From Lentisphaerota bacterium (lineage in GTDB: Bacteria; Verrucomicrobiota; Lentisphaeria; Oligosphaerales; Oligosphaeraceae), in contig JAAZIY010000352.1 of assembly GCA_012800625.1 (NCBI GenBank), positions 1-26,324 of the forward strand: DNA of 26,324 nt, in the 5' to 3' direction. Position 1 is the stretch's first letter; each line of letters starts with the position of its first letter. A program made the position numbers and the translations under genes. The notes under the pieces are model-generated. The model worked only from the letters and a program-made list of their open reading frames with translations, was not told the origin of the DNA and did no database searches. Positions 8,879-16,887 of this stretch are shown here, in pieces.

Positions 8879-9637
8879 TTATTGTCCGGGATAGGCAAAG
8901 TCGGGCAGCAGTATGGACTTTTCCCCCTCTTTGATCTCGCCCTGTTTTTTTTCCGGCACAATAAGCGTAGGTTTGCGCATCTCAGCCTGTTGTCGCTGCT
9001 CCAAGACCTCTTCGCTGACTTGCAGTTCGAGTTTTTGCCGGCTTTCCGGGTAGAGCCTGGCATAGCAGTGTTGCAGAGCCAGGATAAAGTCCTCCTCTTT
9101 TTTTATGGCGGAGAGGTCCACTCGGGTGTCGCCGTCAATCTCGATCAGGCTGCTGTCGTTGATCTTGATTTCACTTTCCGGCTCGCCCTCTTGTGGAGGC
9201 TTGTATGCGATGGTGAAATATATTTCACTGGGCTTGCTGTCCACGGCGGCATGAGCCAGCTCCACTATACTGCTTGGAGCGAGCATCTCCTCGGCAAAGC
9301 GCATCTTGATGTGCAGCAGCGCCTCGGAGTTGCCGTACTGCTTCAGGTTCTCGTGACTGGGTTGGGTTGTTTCATCCTCGTCGGGCAGCTCGCTGCCCTG
9401 CAATAGCGTGGGCGGGGAAAAAATATACTTCAGCGGCTTGTGCAGCACAAAGGCGATTATGCCAACTAGAAGCAGCGCGCCAGGCAGCACCAGGCGCAGC
9501 AACAAACGGCGACGGCGCAGCCTCTCAAATTCAGACAACTGTTCGTGCTTTGACTGGGCCTGACTGCTGTCAGACGGTGAAAACAGGGACTTTGAATACT
9601 GTTTGTCTGCTTCTGTTTGCCCAGGCTTCATAAGCAA
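8879..9637 (-). CDS. Hypothetical single-pass membrane protein
   Basis: 252-aa ORF co-oriented with its neighbours; RRRRR followed by a hydrophobic stretch (LVLPGALLLVGIIAFVL); start may be 9631. Confidence 0.7.
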   Translation of the reverse strand: MLMKPGQTEADKQYSKSLFSPSDSSQAQSKHEQLSEFERLRRRRLLLRLVLPGALLLVGIIAFVLHKPLKYIFSPPTLLQGSELPDEDETTQPSHENLKQYGNSEALLHIKMRFAEEMLAPSSIVELAHAAVDSKPSEIYFTIAYKPPQEGEPESEIKINDSSLIEIDGDTRVDLSAIKKEEDFILALQHCYARLYPESRQKLELQVSEEVLEQRQQAEMRKPTLIVPEKKQGEIKEGEKSILLPDFAYPGQ

Positions 9638-9703
9638 CTTCTCCTGGTTTTTCGCACACCGCGTGACAGCAAGGGCCTCAAGAAGCCCGCGGGGGTGTTT
9701 TGT

Positions 9704-10108
9704 TTACCTGCCGCTGGCGCGCAGTTCCTCGTCTATGGCGACCAACAGTTCCTGAGAGCTGCGCTTGTCGCCCAGCTTGCCCACCTTGATCTCGATCTTA
9801 GACTGTTTGTCTTCGGTTTCCCAAAGCTTGAAGAGCACCTTGTTGCCATAGAAATCGCGGTAGACATACTCGATATTGTTATATTTGTTGCGTCTGGCCT
9901 CCTCGATAAGCTTGGCTCTGGAGGCAGTGGCTCGGATGGCCTTGTCGGTATCAAACAGATTACTGGCCAGTACCGCCGAATAACTGCCAAAGAGAAAACG
10001 CTCATTGCTCACATTATGAGACGGAGCAGTGGTTTTGCTGACGCAGGCGCCGAGGAAAACCAGGGATACGACTAAAAGCAAAGTTGGGATGAAGCCAGGC
10101 TTGTACAT
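9704..10108 (-). CDS. Putative lipoprotein, DUF3568-like
   Basis: Lipobox FLGAC; C-terminal IEIKVGKLGDKRSSQELLVAI resembles DUF3568 (from recall); AAGGGGG SD. Confidence 0.7.
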   Translation of the reverse strand: MYKPGFIPTLLLVVSLVFLGACVSKTTAPSHNVSNERFLFGSYSAVLASNLFDTDKAIRATASRAKLIEEARRNKYNNIEYVYRDFYGNKVLFKLWETEDKQSKIEIKVGKLGDKRSSQELLVAIDEELRASGR

Positions 10109-10149
10109 GAAACCCCCTTGTGAATAATGTTAATAGGAAGGATATGACA

Positions 10150-10179
10150 ATAATATGATTGTGAAAAAAAAATAAGCAA
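10150..10179 (-). promoter_or_regulatory. Putative sigma70-type promoter of the lipoprotein gene
   Basis: Minus strand TTGCTT, 18 bp spacer, TATTAT. Confidence 0.45.
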
Positions 10180-10303
10180 ACCAGGCTGCCAAGTAATGCG
10201 CCGATTTTGCGCTTCGAGGGCTGCTGTGGAAGAGCAAGGCAGAGTAAAGCGACGCCTTGAGCGCTTGCAGTGCCTTGCTTTCCCAAAATCAGCCAAGCCG
10301 GTT

Positions 10304-12214
10304 TCAGCCCATGTTTTTCAGCTGCAGCCCGTCGAGGAACTCGGCGTTGCTCTTAGTGGTTTTGAGCTTGTTGACGATCATTTCCATAGCGTCGTTGACG
10401 TTGGTTCCACTGATGGCTTTGCGCAGTGCCCAGATTCTTTCCAGCTCATGTGCGGGCACCAGCAGCTCTTCCTTGCGCGTGCCGCTCTTTTCCATGTTGA
10501 TGGCTGGATAGATGCGTTTGTCGCTGAGGAAGCGGTCCAGGTGCAGTTCCATGTTTCCGGTGCCCTTGAACTCTTCGAAGATAACCTCGTCCATGCGGCT
10601 GCCGGTATCTATCAAGGCGGTGGCCAATATGGTCAGGCTGCCGCCGTTTTCGATGTTTCTGGCTGCGCCGAAGAATCGTTTTGGCTTATGCAGCGCATTG
10701 GCGTCGACGCCGCCGGAGAGTATGCGTCCCGAGTGCGGCTCGATGGTGTTGTAGGCTCTTGCCAGGCGGGTGATGCTGTCCAGGAGGATAACCACGTGTC
10801 TGCCGTATTCGACCAGTCGCTTGGCCTTTTCGATGACCATTTCGGCCACCTCGACATGGCGGTCTGGCGGCTCGTCAAAAGTGGAGCTGACGATTTCGGC
10901 CTCGACATTGCGCTGCATGTCAGTGACCTCTTCGGGGCGTTCGTCAATGAGCAGCACGATAAGTGTGACGTCGTCATTGTTCCTGGTGATGCTGTTGGCG
11001 ATTTTTTGCAGGATGACGGTTTTGCCGGTGCGCGGTGCGGCCACGATTAGCCCGCGCTGGCCGCGGCCCACCGGCGTAATCAGGTCAATGACGCGGCATG
11101 ATATTTCGTTTCTTTCGCGTTCGAGCACCAGTCTCCGCGTGGGGTAGAAGGGGGTCAGGTTTTCAAAGGGGACCAGGTCGCGTTTGCGCTCAGGCGGCTC
11201 GGCGTTAATGGTCTCCAGCTTAGTCATGGCGAAGAAACGCTCTTTTTCCCTGGGGCGGCGTATCTGCCCTACTATGGTGTCGCCGGTGCGCAGCAGGAAG
11301 CGCCTCACTTGAGTTGGACTCAGGTAGATGTCCTCGGGGCATTCCTGATAGCTGAAGTCGGCACTGCGCAAAAAGCCAAAGCCCTCCTGGGTTACTTCGA
11401 GCACGCCGCTGCCGTAGGCCAGGCCGCCGGACTCGGCGTCGTTGCGCTCGAAAATCTGCTCAACCAGTTCTCGTTTTTCCAGGGACTCGGGCTTTTCGAT
11501 GTCTAGTGCGGCGGCGATTTCGAGCAGCTCGGGCAGCTGCAGGCTGCGCAAGTGCTCGATGTCCAGGGCTTCGCGCATGGCTGGCTCGGCAAAGCTGTAG
11601 TCCGGCCCGTCTTGGGTCAAGGCGTCATAGTCCTCGAAGTTGTAGTAGGCCTGCTGTTTGCCGCGAGCGGAGCGTCCGCCGCGCTTGGCCTGGCGCTGCG
11701 CCTCGCGCAGCGGGCGCGGCAAGGCACGTGGAGCGCTCTCTTGGCGGCTTGGCTTGGGGCGCGGCGGTGTTTTTTCCTTGGCAGGCGGGCTGGGTTTGAT
11801 GACGGCGCGGGGCGCCTGCGGCTGTCCGTCGCTAAGGCTGACCAGGCCGGGGGTTCCGGTTAGCGGCAATATGCCTTTGCCCAGCTTGAAACCCAGCTTG
11901 CTGACTCCCTCCGCGGGAACATCGCCGTTTTCAGTGCTCGCATCCCGCAGGCCCTTGTCATTGGACTGTGGCTCTGCCGCGTGAGCCTCACTGAGGGTCA
12001 GTGCAGAATCTTTTTCTTTTTCAGCTTCCATATCCGACTCCTCGGCTTTGTCGAGTTTTTTTTTGCCTGCCGCCTTACTATCCTCGGCCTGGCTCGGTTC
12101 TTCGCTGGCAGCGGTTTTTCTGGGACGTCCGCGAGGTTTGGGCTTGTTTTCCGGCAAAGCCTCTTCAGGAGGCGTCTGCTCGGCCTTGATTGTTAGTTCA
12201 GGGTCTGTGCTCAT
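10304..12214 (-). CDS. rho: Transcription termination factor Rho with an approximately 215-aa N-terminal extension
   Basis: [58 protein letters not shown] and FKGTGNMEL. Confidence 0.98.
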   Translation of the reverse strand: MSTDPELTIKAEQTPPEEALPENKPKPRGRPRKTAASEEPSQAEDSKAAGKKKLDKAEESDMEAEKEKDSALTLSEAHAAEPQSNDKGLRDASTENGDVPAEGVSKLGFKLGKGILPLTGTPGLVSLSDGQPQAPRAVIKPSPPAKEKTPPRPKPSRQESAPRALPRPLREAQRQAKRGGRSARGKQQAYYNFEDYDALTQDGPDYSFAEPAMREALDIEHLRSLQLPELLEIAAALDIEKPESLEKRELVEQIFERNDAESGGLAYGSGVLEVTQEGFGFLRSADFSYQECPEDIYLSPTQVRRFLLRTGDTIVGQIRRPREKERFFAMTKLETINAEPPERKRDLVPFENLTPFYPTRRLVLERERNEISCRVIDLITPVGRGQRGLIVAAPRTGKTVILQKIANSITRNNDDVTLIVLLIDERPEEVTDMQRNVEAEIVSSTFDEPPDRHVEVAEMVIEKAKRLVEYGRHVVILLDSITRLARAYNTIEPHSGRILSGGVDANALHKPKRFFGAARNIENGGSLTILATALIDTGSRMDEVIFEEFKGTGNMELHLDRFLSDKRIYPAINMEKSGTRKEELLVPAHELERIWALRKAISGTNVNDAMEMIVNKLKTTKSNAEFLDGLQLKNMG

Positions 12215-12334
12215 TCTTTATTTCTCGATGATGGCTAAACTGCGGTCCGGGTACTGTGGTTCCATAAATAAGGCGGGTAAGCCGGGACGGCAAAAAAGGC
12301 CGGGGCAAAGGCAAAACAAAGCTTAAAGACTTGC

Positions 12335-12380
12335 TGTGTCTTCGTCTGTCTTAGTGTCCAAAAGCCGGTCTTTTTGGACG
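12335..12380 (-). repeat. Dispersed repeat, copy 6, with an inverted GTCCAAAA/TTTTGGAC hairpin, between coaE and rho
   Basis: Minus strand CGTCCAAAAAGACCGGCTTTTGGACACTAAGACAGACGAAGACACA. Confidence 0.85.
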
Positions 12381-12388
12381 GGGTCTGC

Positions 12389-12988
12389 TTAGGCCTGGTG
12401 TCCGGCTAGCATACGCAGTATTTTTGCATAAACTAGGTCGCACTGCGCGTACAGCACTTGCCAGGAACAGTTGCTGATAATAGCAAAGCGGGCGCGGCGC
12501 AATTTTTCATCCATGCCGAGTTGATGCTGCAGTCTTGATAGTATCTCGGCCTCGCTCCAGCCGCGCGCCATAAGCCTTTGTCTTTGTGTGCAGGGATCAC
12601 ACCAAAGCGAGATGCTGCACAGTGCCTCTGCTTCCCAGGCGCATTCAAAAAACAGGGGAATGGCACAAAATAGAGCCTGGTCAGTTTTGCCAGCGGCGTT
12701 TTTAATTGCAGCTTTGACTTTCGGATGCAGGATCGAGTTAAGCCAGGCCAGCTCTTCGGCATGGTCGAAAACCCGGCTGGCGATCTTGCTGCGCTCAGGC
12801 AGCCCGTCGGCGTCAAGGATATTTGCCCCCCAGCGTTGCAGCAGGGCCAGTTTCAGACCTGCATCGTGGCGATATAAGCCGTGCACGAGCAGGTCGGCAT
12901 CCAGAATATCCGCACCAAGCAGTTTGAACCTGCTTAAAACTGTAGACTTGCCTGCACCGATTCCACCAGTGACAGCAATTAAAGCCAT
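12389..12988 (-). CDS. coaE: Dephospho-CoA kinase
   Basis: IAVTGGIGAGKST, LDAD, LNSILHPKV, IPLFFE and RLQHQ. Confidence 0.95.
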   Translation of the reverse strand: MALIAVTGGIGAGKSTVLSRFKLLGADILDADLLVHGLYRHDAGLKLALLQRWGANILDADGLPERSKIASRVFDHAEELAWLNSILHPKVKAAIKNAAGKTDQALFCAIPLFFECAWEAEALCSISLWCDPCTQRQRLMARGWSEAEILSRLQHQLGMDEKLRRARFAIISNCSWQVLYAQCDLVYAKILRMLAGHQA

Positions 12989-13214
12989 GAAAGAAACACC
13001 TTAAAGGTCAGCATTACAAGCAATAATCAGCATCGGGTACAGGCACCTAAATACAGGCTCTGAAAAGCATAGATGCGCAAAATCACGGGACGATTGAAAA
13101 AAGACTCTACAATTATAAGAAAGCAATATCTGCGTGCAAATACAAGTATAGCCTGAAATAAACAAAAAGCAAGTCCAGGCCTACGGAATTTCGTAAAATG
13201 CCGGGCATAGCGGA

Positions 13215-13256
13215 TTTTGCCGGCCAGTCACTCAAATCATACTGGCGGCGGCAAAA
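13215..13256. other. Inverted repeat / hairpin in the coaE-zinc-protein divergent intergenic region
   Basis: TTTTGCCGGCCAGT, 12-nt loop, ACTGGC(GG)CGGCAAAA: 14-bp stem with a 2-nt bulge. Confidence 0.6.
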
Positions 13257-13391
13257 AAAAACGCTACTTGCTCTGGGCTAAGCCATGAAAAATCAAGCGC
13301 TTACTTGTAAAGCGCATTTGTCGGATTATTTTTGCCTATGCGACTGGTTTGCTTCATTTCATCTGTTTTTGTCTGACAAGGAGAATTTGCC

Positions 13392-15434
13392 TTGGGCGAT
13401 CATTTTGACAATTTCGGCAGTCTGGGCGACTTGTTTCCGACCTCTGAGCTTAAGTGCCGTATTCGCGGCTGTGACAACCTGGTGCAGGTCAGCGGCGAGC
13501 AGGCCATGTATAATGCCGCGCGGGGACAGTCCGGCAGGCCCGACAAGATGTGTCAGAGCTGCTACGAGCGTTTTTTGCAGCTTGAGGACCGGGAGCAGCC
13601 CTGCTCGAAGCCCGGCTGCTCGGGCAGCTGGGTGTGGAACCGCTTTCAGCAGCTCGAGGCTTTGGCATACGGCAACTATGATAATCCGCCCAAGGGCCTC
13701 TGCGAGGCCTGCCGGCAAGAAGTCAGGGAAGGCAGCGATGTGGAGCAGAAATGCCGTATGCGGGGCTGCAAAAACACCTGGGTGTGGAGCAGCAGGATGC
13801 AATTGCAAAGCGGACTGGACAAGCCGCCCAAACGGCTCTGCGAGGAATGCTTCCAGACATTGAAAACACTGCATGACCAAGAGCTGCCCTGCCGCATCAA
13901 ATCCTGTCAAAATAGCTTTGTCTGGAATAAATACCAGCAGCTCGAACATCTGCTTTCGGGTAAAAAACTCGATGCGCCGCCCCCCCGGATGTGTGAGCCT
14001 TGCTTCCAGAAGTTTCGCTTGTTGAACAATAGCGTGGAGCCTTGCAAGATCAGCGGCTGTTCGGGTACTTGGGTCTACAACGCCTACGAGCAACTCGAGC
14101 GGCAGCTGGCCTGCAAAGAGGGGGAAAGCCCCGCAAAGCCCAGCCGCATGTGCAATCAATGTTTCGACTTCTTCAATAATTGCAAAGACATAGAGCTGAA
14201 CTGCAAAAACCGGCACTGTGAGCATAAATGGCTGTGGACGCGGGGCATGCAGCTGGGATACCGCCTGAGAAATCCGGAGGGCAGGCCGCCGGCCAGAATG
14301 TGCAAACAGTGTGTGGAAAAGCTGAAGTCGCTCTCCACCCTGCAGGAACCTTGCTCACAGCAGGGCTGCAACGGCAGCTGGAACTATGAGCCGGAGGAGC
14401 AGCTGCTCGATCAGCTGGCCGGCAAGAGGCCGGCAGCCAAAGCCTGCAAGACATGCCAGGACTTCCTGGCCAGCCATGAGAGCGCGGAGATAAGCTGCAG
14501 CCAGTGCGGCACTGTGTTCCTGTGGAGCAGCCATGAGCAACTGCTGCATAGCCTGGGGGTCTTTGACAAACCACAGCTTTGCGCCAACTGCGTAGGTGCA
14601 AAAATGCGGCAAATAACCCCAAAAGAGGCGCCTAAGCCTGCTCCAGAGGAGCGTTTCAGCATACGCATACCCCAGCGCGGCGCCTGGCAAAACAGCGCCG
14701 TCATTCGGGATTGGCCGCCACATATGAACATAAGCGCCATACGCGAGCTGGAGGAAGCCAGCCTGCGGGTGCTCTGTTTTGGAGACGAGCTTACCTTTTG
14801 CTCGGCCGAGAGCGAAAAAGGCTGGCCGGCCATGCTCAAAAAACGCCTGCAAAAGCGTTATGAGCCGGAGTTTGGCCGGCTTGGCCTCATCAATGTCGGC
14901 ATGCCAGGCTCCAATACGGCTTTGTCCATTCGGCGTTTCGAAAGAGATGTGCTCCCCTTTGAACCGCATTTGCTCATCTTTTCATTTGCCTTTAGTGACA
15001 CGTTTATGCTTGACCGGCATGAGCGTGCCCAAGCCGCCGAGGCCCTGGCCAGGTTGAGTGAGGATTTCGAGCAATTGCTGCGTCAGTTTGAAAAACTGCC
15101 GCCGCTCTGCCGCCTGCTGTGCTGGCTGCCTAACCCGATATTCCCGCAAAAGGAGCAAATTATCGATGCGGACTGGCGTGAACGCGGCAACCTGGACCTG
15201 CCGCTGCTGGAGTTCTACGAGAGCCTGCTGCGGCAAATGAGGCAAAAATGCCAGAGCGCCGGCCTGAATTGCCTGGAAGGACGCACGCTCTTTGAAATAG
15301 GCGGGCGACAAACCGCCCTGAAATGGATGCAGAACTGGTACCTGCCTAACGAAATCGGCCAAAATAGCTTCGCTGGATGGTTCGAGAATATCATACAAAG
15401 AGAAAACCTGCTGCAACCCAGAGAAGAGAACTGA
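13392..15434 (+). CDS. Protein with eight tandem zinc-ribbon-like repeats and a degenerate SGNH/GDSL-fold C-terminal domain
   Basis: TTG start behind AAGGAG; residues 22-400 carry 8 repeats of Cx(2/4)C...W.W...QL...P...CxxC; C-terminal VLCFGDEL, INVGMPG, SFAFSD and LPNEIG. Confidence 0.9.
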   Translation: MGDHFDNFGSLGDLFPTSELKCRIRGCDNLVQVSGEQAMYNAARGQSGRPDKMCQSCYERFLQLEDREQPCSKPGCSGSWVWNRFQQLEALAYGNYDNPPKGLCEACRQEVREGSDVEQKCRMRGCKNTWVWSSRMQLQSGLDKPPKRLCEECFQTLKTLHDQELPCRIKSCQNSFVWNKYQQLEHLLSGKKLDAPPPRMCEPCFQKFRLLNNSVEPCKISGCSGTWVYNAYEQLERQLACKEGESPAKPSRMCNQCFDFFNNCKDIELNCKNRHCEHKWLWTRGMQLGYRLRNPEGRPPARMCKQCVEKLKSLSTLQEPCSQQGCNGSWNYEPEEQLLDQLAGKRPAAKACKTCQDFLASHESAEISCSQCGTVFLWSSHEQLLHSLGVFDKPQLCANCVGAKMRQITPKEAPKPAPEERFSIRIPQRGAWQNSAVIRDWPPHMNISAIRELEEASLRVLCFGDELTFCSAESEKGWPAMLKKRLQKRYEPEFGRLGLINVGMPGSNTALSIRRFERDVLPFEPHLLIFSFAFSDTFMLDRHERAQAAEALARLSEDFEQLLRQFEKLPPLCRLLCWLPNPIFPQKEQIIDADWRERGNLDLPLLEFYESLLRQMRQKCQSAGLNCLEGRTLFEIGGRQTALKWMQNWYLPNEIGQNSFAGWFENIIQRENLLQPREEN

Positions 15435-15447
15435 TGCGACACACAGC

Positions 15448-15540
15448 TTTTTTGAACACTAGGCCACGAAGTCACACTAAGTCACACTAAGTCACACTAA
15501 GTCACACTAAGTCACATTGAGTCACATTGAGTCACATTGA
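15448..15540 (+). repeat. Dispersed repeat, copy 7: head plus 4x GTCACACTAA and 3x GTCACATTGA
   Basis: TTTTTTGAACACTAGGCCACGAA, then exact 10-bp units at 15471-15510 and 15511-15540. Confidence 0.95.
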
Positions 15541-15630
15541 GCTTTTCACGCGCTTTTCATGCGCCGCTTTTTGGACGCGGTTCAAGGTAGGCCATTGCTA
15601 TGGGGGTGGCCCTGAAAATTTATTTTTTGC

Positions 15631-15658
15631 TTGAGAAAATTCAGATTGGCATTATACT
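15631..15658 (+). promoter_or_regulatory. Putative sigma70-type promoter of the pal operon
   Basis: TTGAGA, 16 bp spacer, TATACT. Confidence 0.5.
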
Positions 15659-15728
15659 AGGCTAATTACAGTTTTTTACGCTTGTTTAGGTTTTTTTGCT
15701 TTTATCATTTGAAGGAGACATTATTATT

Positions 15729-16400
15729 ATGCTTGGCAAGTTAATTAAGCCTCTGCTCGCGGTTTTGCTCGTCAGCCTACTTTTCAGCGCTTGTACGAAG
15801 AAGCCGAAGATTGACCTAAGCGGCCTGCGCGAGTCTCCAGCCGGCTCGGGTGCCCTGCGTGTCTCTACCGGCGCAGATCAGTTTGGTGGTCAAGGCTTTG
15901 AGATTCTTGACGGTTCCGAGCCGCTTTTCAGCGAGTTCCAGACCGGCGACTCCGGCGGTGCTCTTGCCGGCGGCGCGCTTGGCGCCGAAGGCTGGGACGA
16001 CTTGGCGAAGCCATTGGCCACTGGCGCCGATGGAGACGGTTTTTTGCAGGACTCGAGAGCTTGGAACGATGTGGTTTATTTTGCCTATGACCGCTCTGAG
16101 GTCCTGCCCTCGGAGCGCTACAAGCTCGATGCTCTGGCACAAAACCTGTTGGCCGCTCCGGAGCAGGGGCTGGTCATCGAAGGGCATTGCGATGAGCGCG
16201 GCAGCGACGAGTACAACCGGGCACTGTCCGAGCGCCGCGCCTTGTCGGTGCGCGAATATCTCGGCAATCTCGGCGTTTCCATTGAGCGCATGCAGACCAT
16301 CAGCTATGGTGAGGACCGTCCGGTGGTTCCTGATGCCCGCAGCGAGTCTGAGCACCAGAAGAACCGGCGCGCACAGTTTTTGCTGGGCAAGCGCAAATGA
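15729..16400 (+). CDS. pal: OmpA-family peptidoglycan-associated lipoprotein (Pal-like)
   Basis: Lipobox LFSAC; VYFAYD, IEGHCDERGSDEYNRALSERRA, SYGEDRP and NRRA; ATG 15729 behind GAAGGAG. Confidence 0.88.
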   Translation: MLGKLIKPLLAVLLVSLLFSACTKKPKIDLSGLRESPAGSGALRVSTGADQFGGQGFEILDGSEPLFSEFQTGDSGGALAGGALGAEGWDDLAKPLATGADGDGFLQDSRAWNDVVYFAYDRSEVLPSERYKLDALAQNLLAAPEQGLVIEGHCDERGSDEYNRALSERRALSVREYLGNLGVSIERMQTISYGEDRPVVPDARSESEHQKNRRAQFLLGKRK

Positions 16401-16879
16401 CCCTGCTTGTCGAGGTCTGTGCCGCAGTTATTTTAGACCAGTCTGGCCTGTTGTTGGCCACCCGCGCGCCGGGCAAAGACCTGAGCGGGCAGTGGGAGCT
16501 GCCCGGCGGCAAACTGCATAGCCAAGAGACGCCTGCTGAATGTATCAGCCGAGAACTGCACGAGGAACTCAGGCTGACTGTTGAGCAGGCGTCTTTGTTT
16601 TTAAGCATGGTGCATCATTATCCTCACAAGTCCATAAGACTGCACTTCCTGCATTGCCGCTTGAGCAGACAAGACCCAATGCCGCAGGAAGGCCAAAAAA
16701 CCGCACGCTTCAACAGTACAGAGCTGCCCTGGCAGCATATGGCCGAGGCCGACCGCCTAGCCCTGGAATTCCTGCGCTCGGCAAAATGGCGCATCAATAC
16801 GGGGCAGGGCACTGAGCTGCCCGAAATAGTCGATTTGCCCCTGGCTGAACGCATACACCACTGGCTGAAGCTGTCCTGA
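16397..16879 (+). CDS. NUDIX hydrolase, MutT-like
   Basis: WELPGGK..SQETPAECISRELHEEL Nudix box; ATGA overlap with the pal stop. Confidence 0.9.
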   Translation: MTLLVEVCAAVILDQSGLLLATRAPGKDLSGQWELPGGKLHSQETPAECISRELHEELRLTVEQASLFLSMVHHYPHKSIRLHFLHCRLSRQDPMPQEGQKTARFNSTELPWQHMAEADRLALEFLRSAKWRINTGQGTELPEIVDLPLAERIHHWLKLS

Positions 16880-16887
16880 TAAAAAAC

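Noticed and set aside
10196-11050. 284-aa antisense ORF over rho
   Set aside because: Shadow ORF of a conserved GC-rich gene, with no recognisable motifs or SD.
13359-14969. Long antisense ORFs (288 and 204 aa) over the zinc-repeat gene
   Set aside because: The plus frame has the SD and the periodic Cys pattern; the antisense products are featureless.
13392-15434. Multiheme cytochrome or polyferredoxin reading of the Cys repeats
   Set aside because: No CxxCH motifs, no export signal and no CxxCxxCxxxCP ferredoxin spacing.
15471-15540. CRISPR or iteron interpretation of the 10-bp arrays (also 23101-23160)
   Set aside because: No spacers, no rep or parAB genes, and related units are dispersed across housekeeping intergenic regions.
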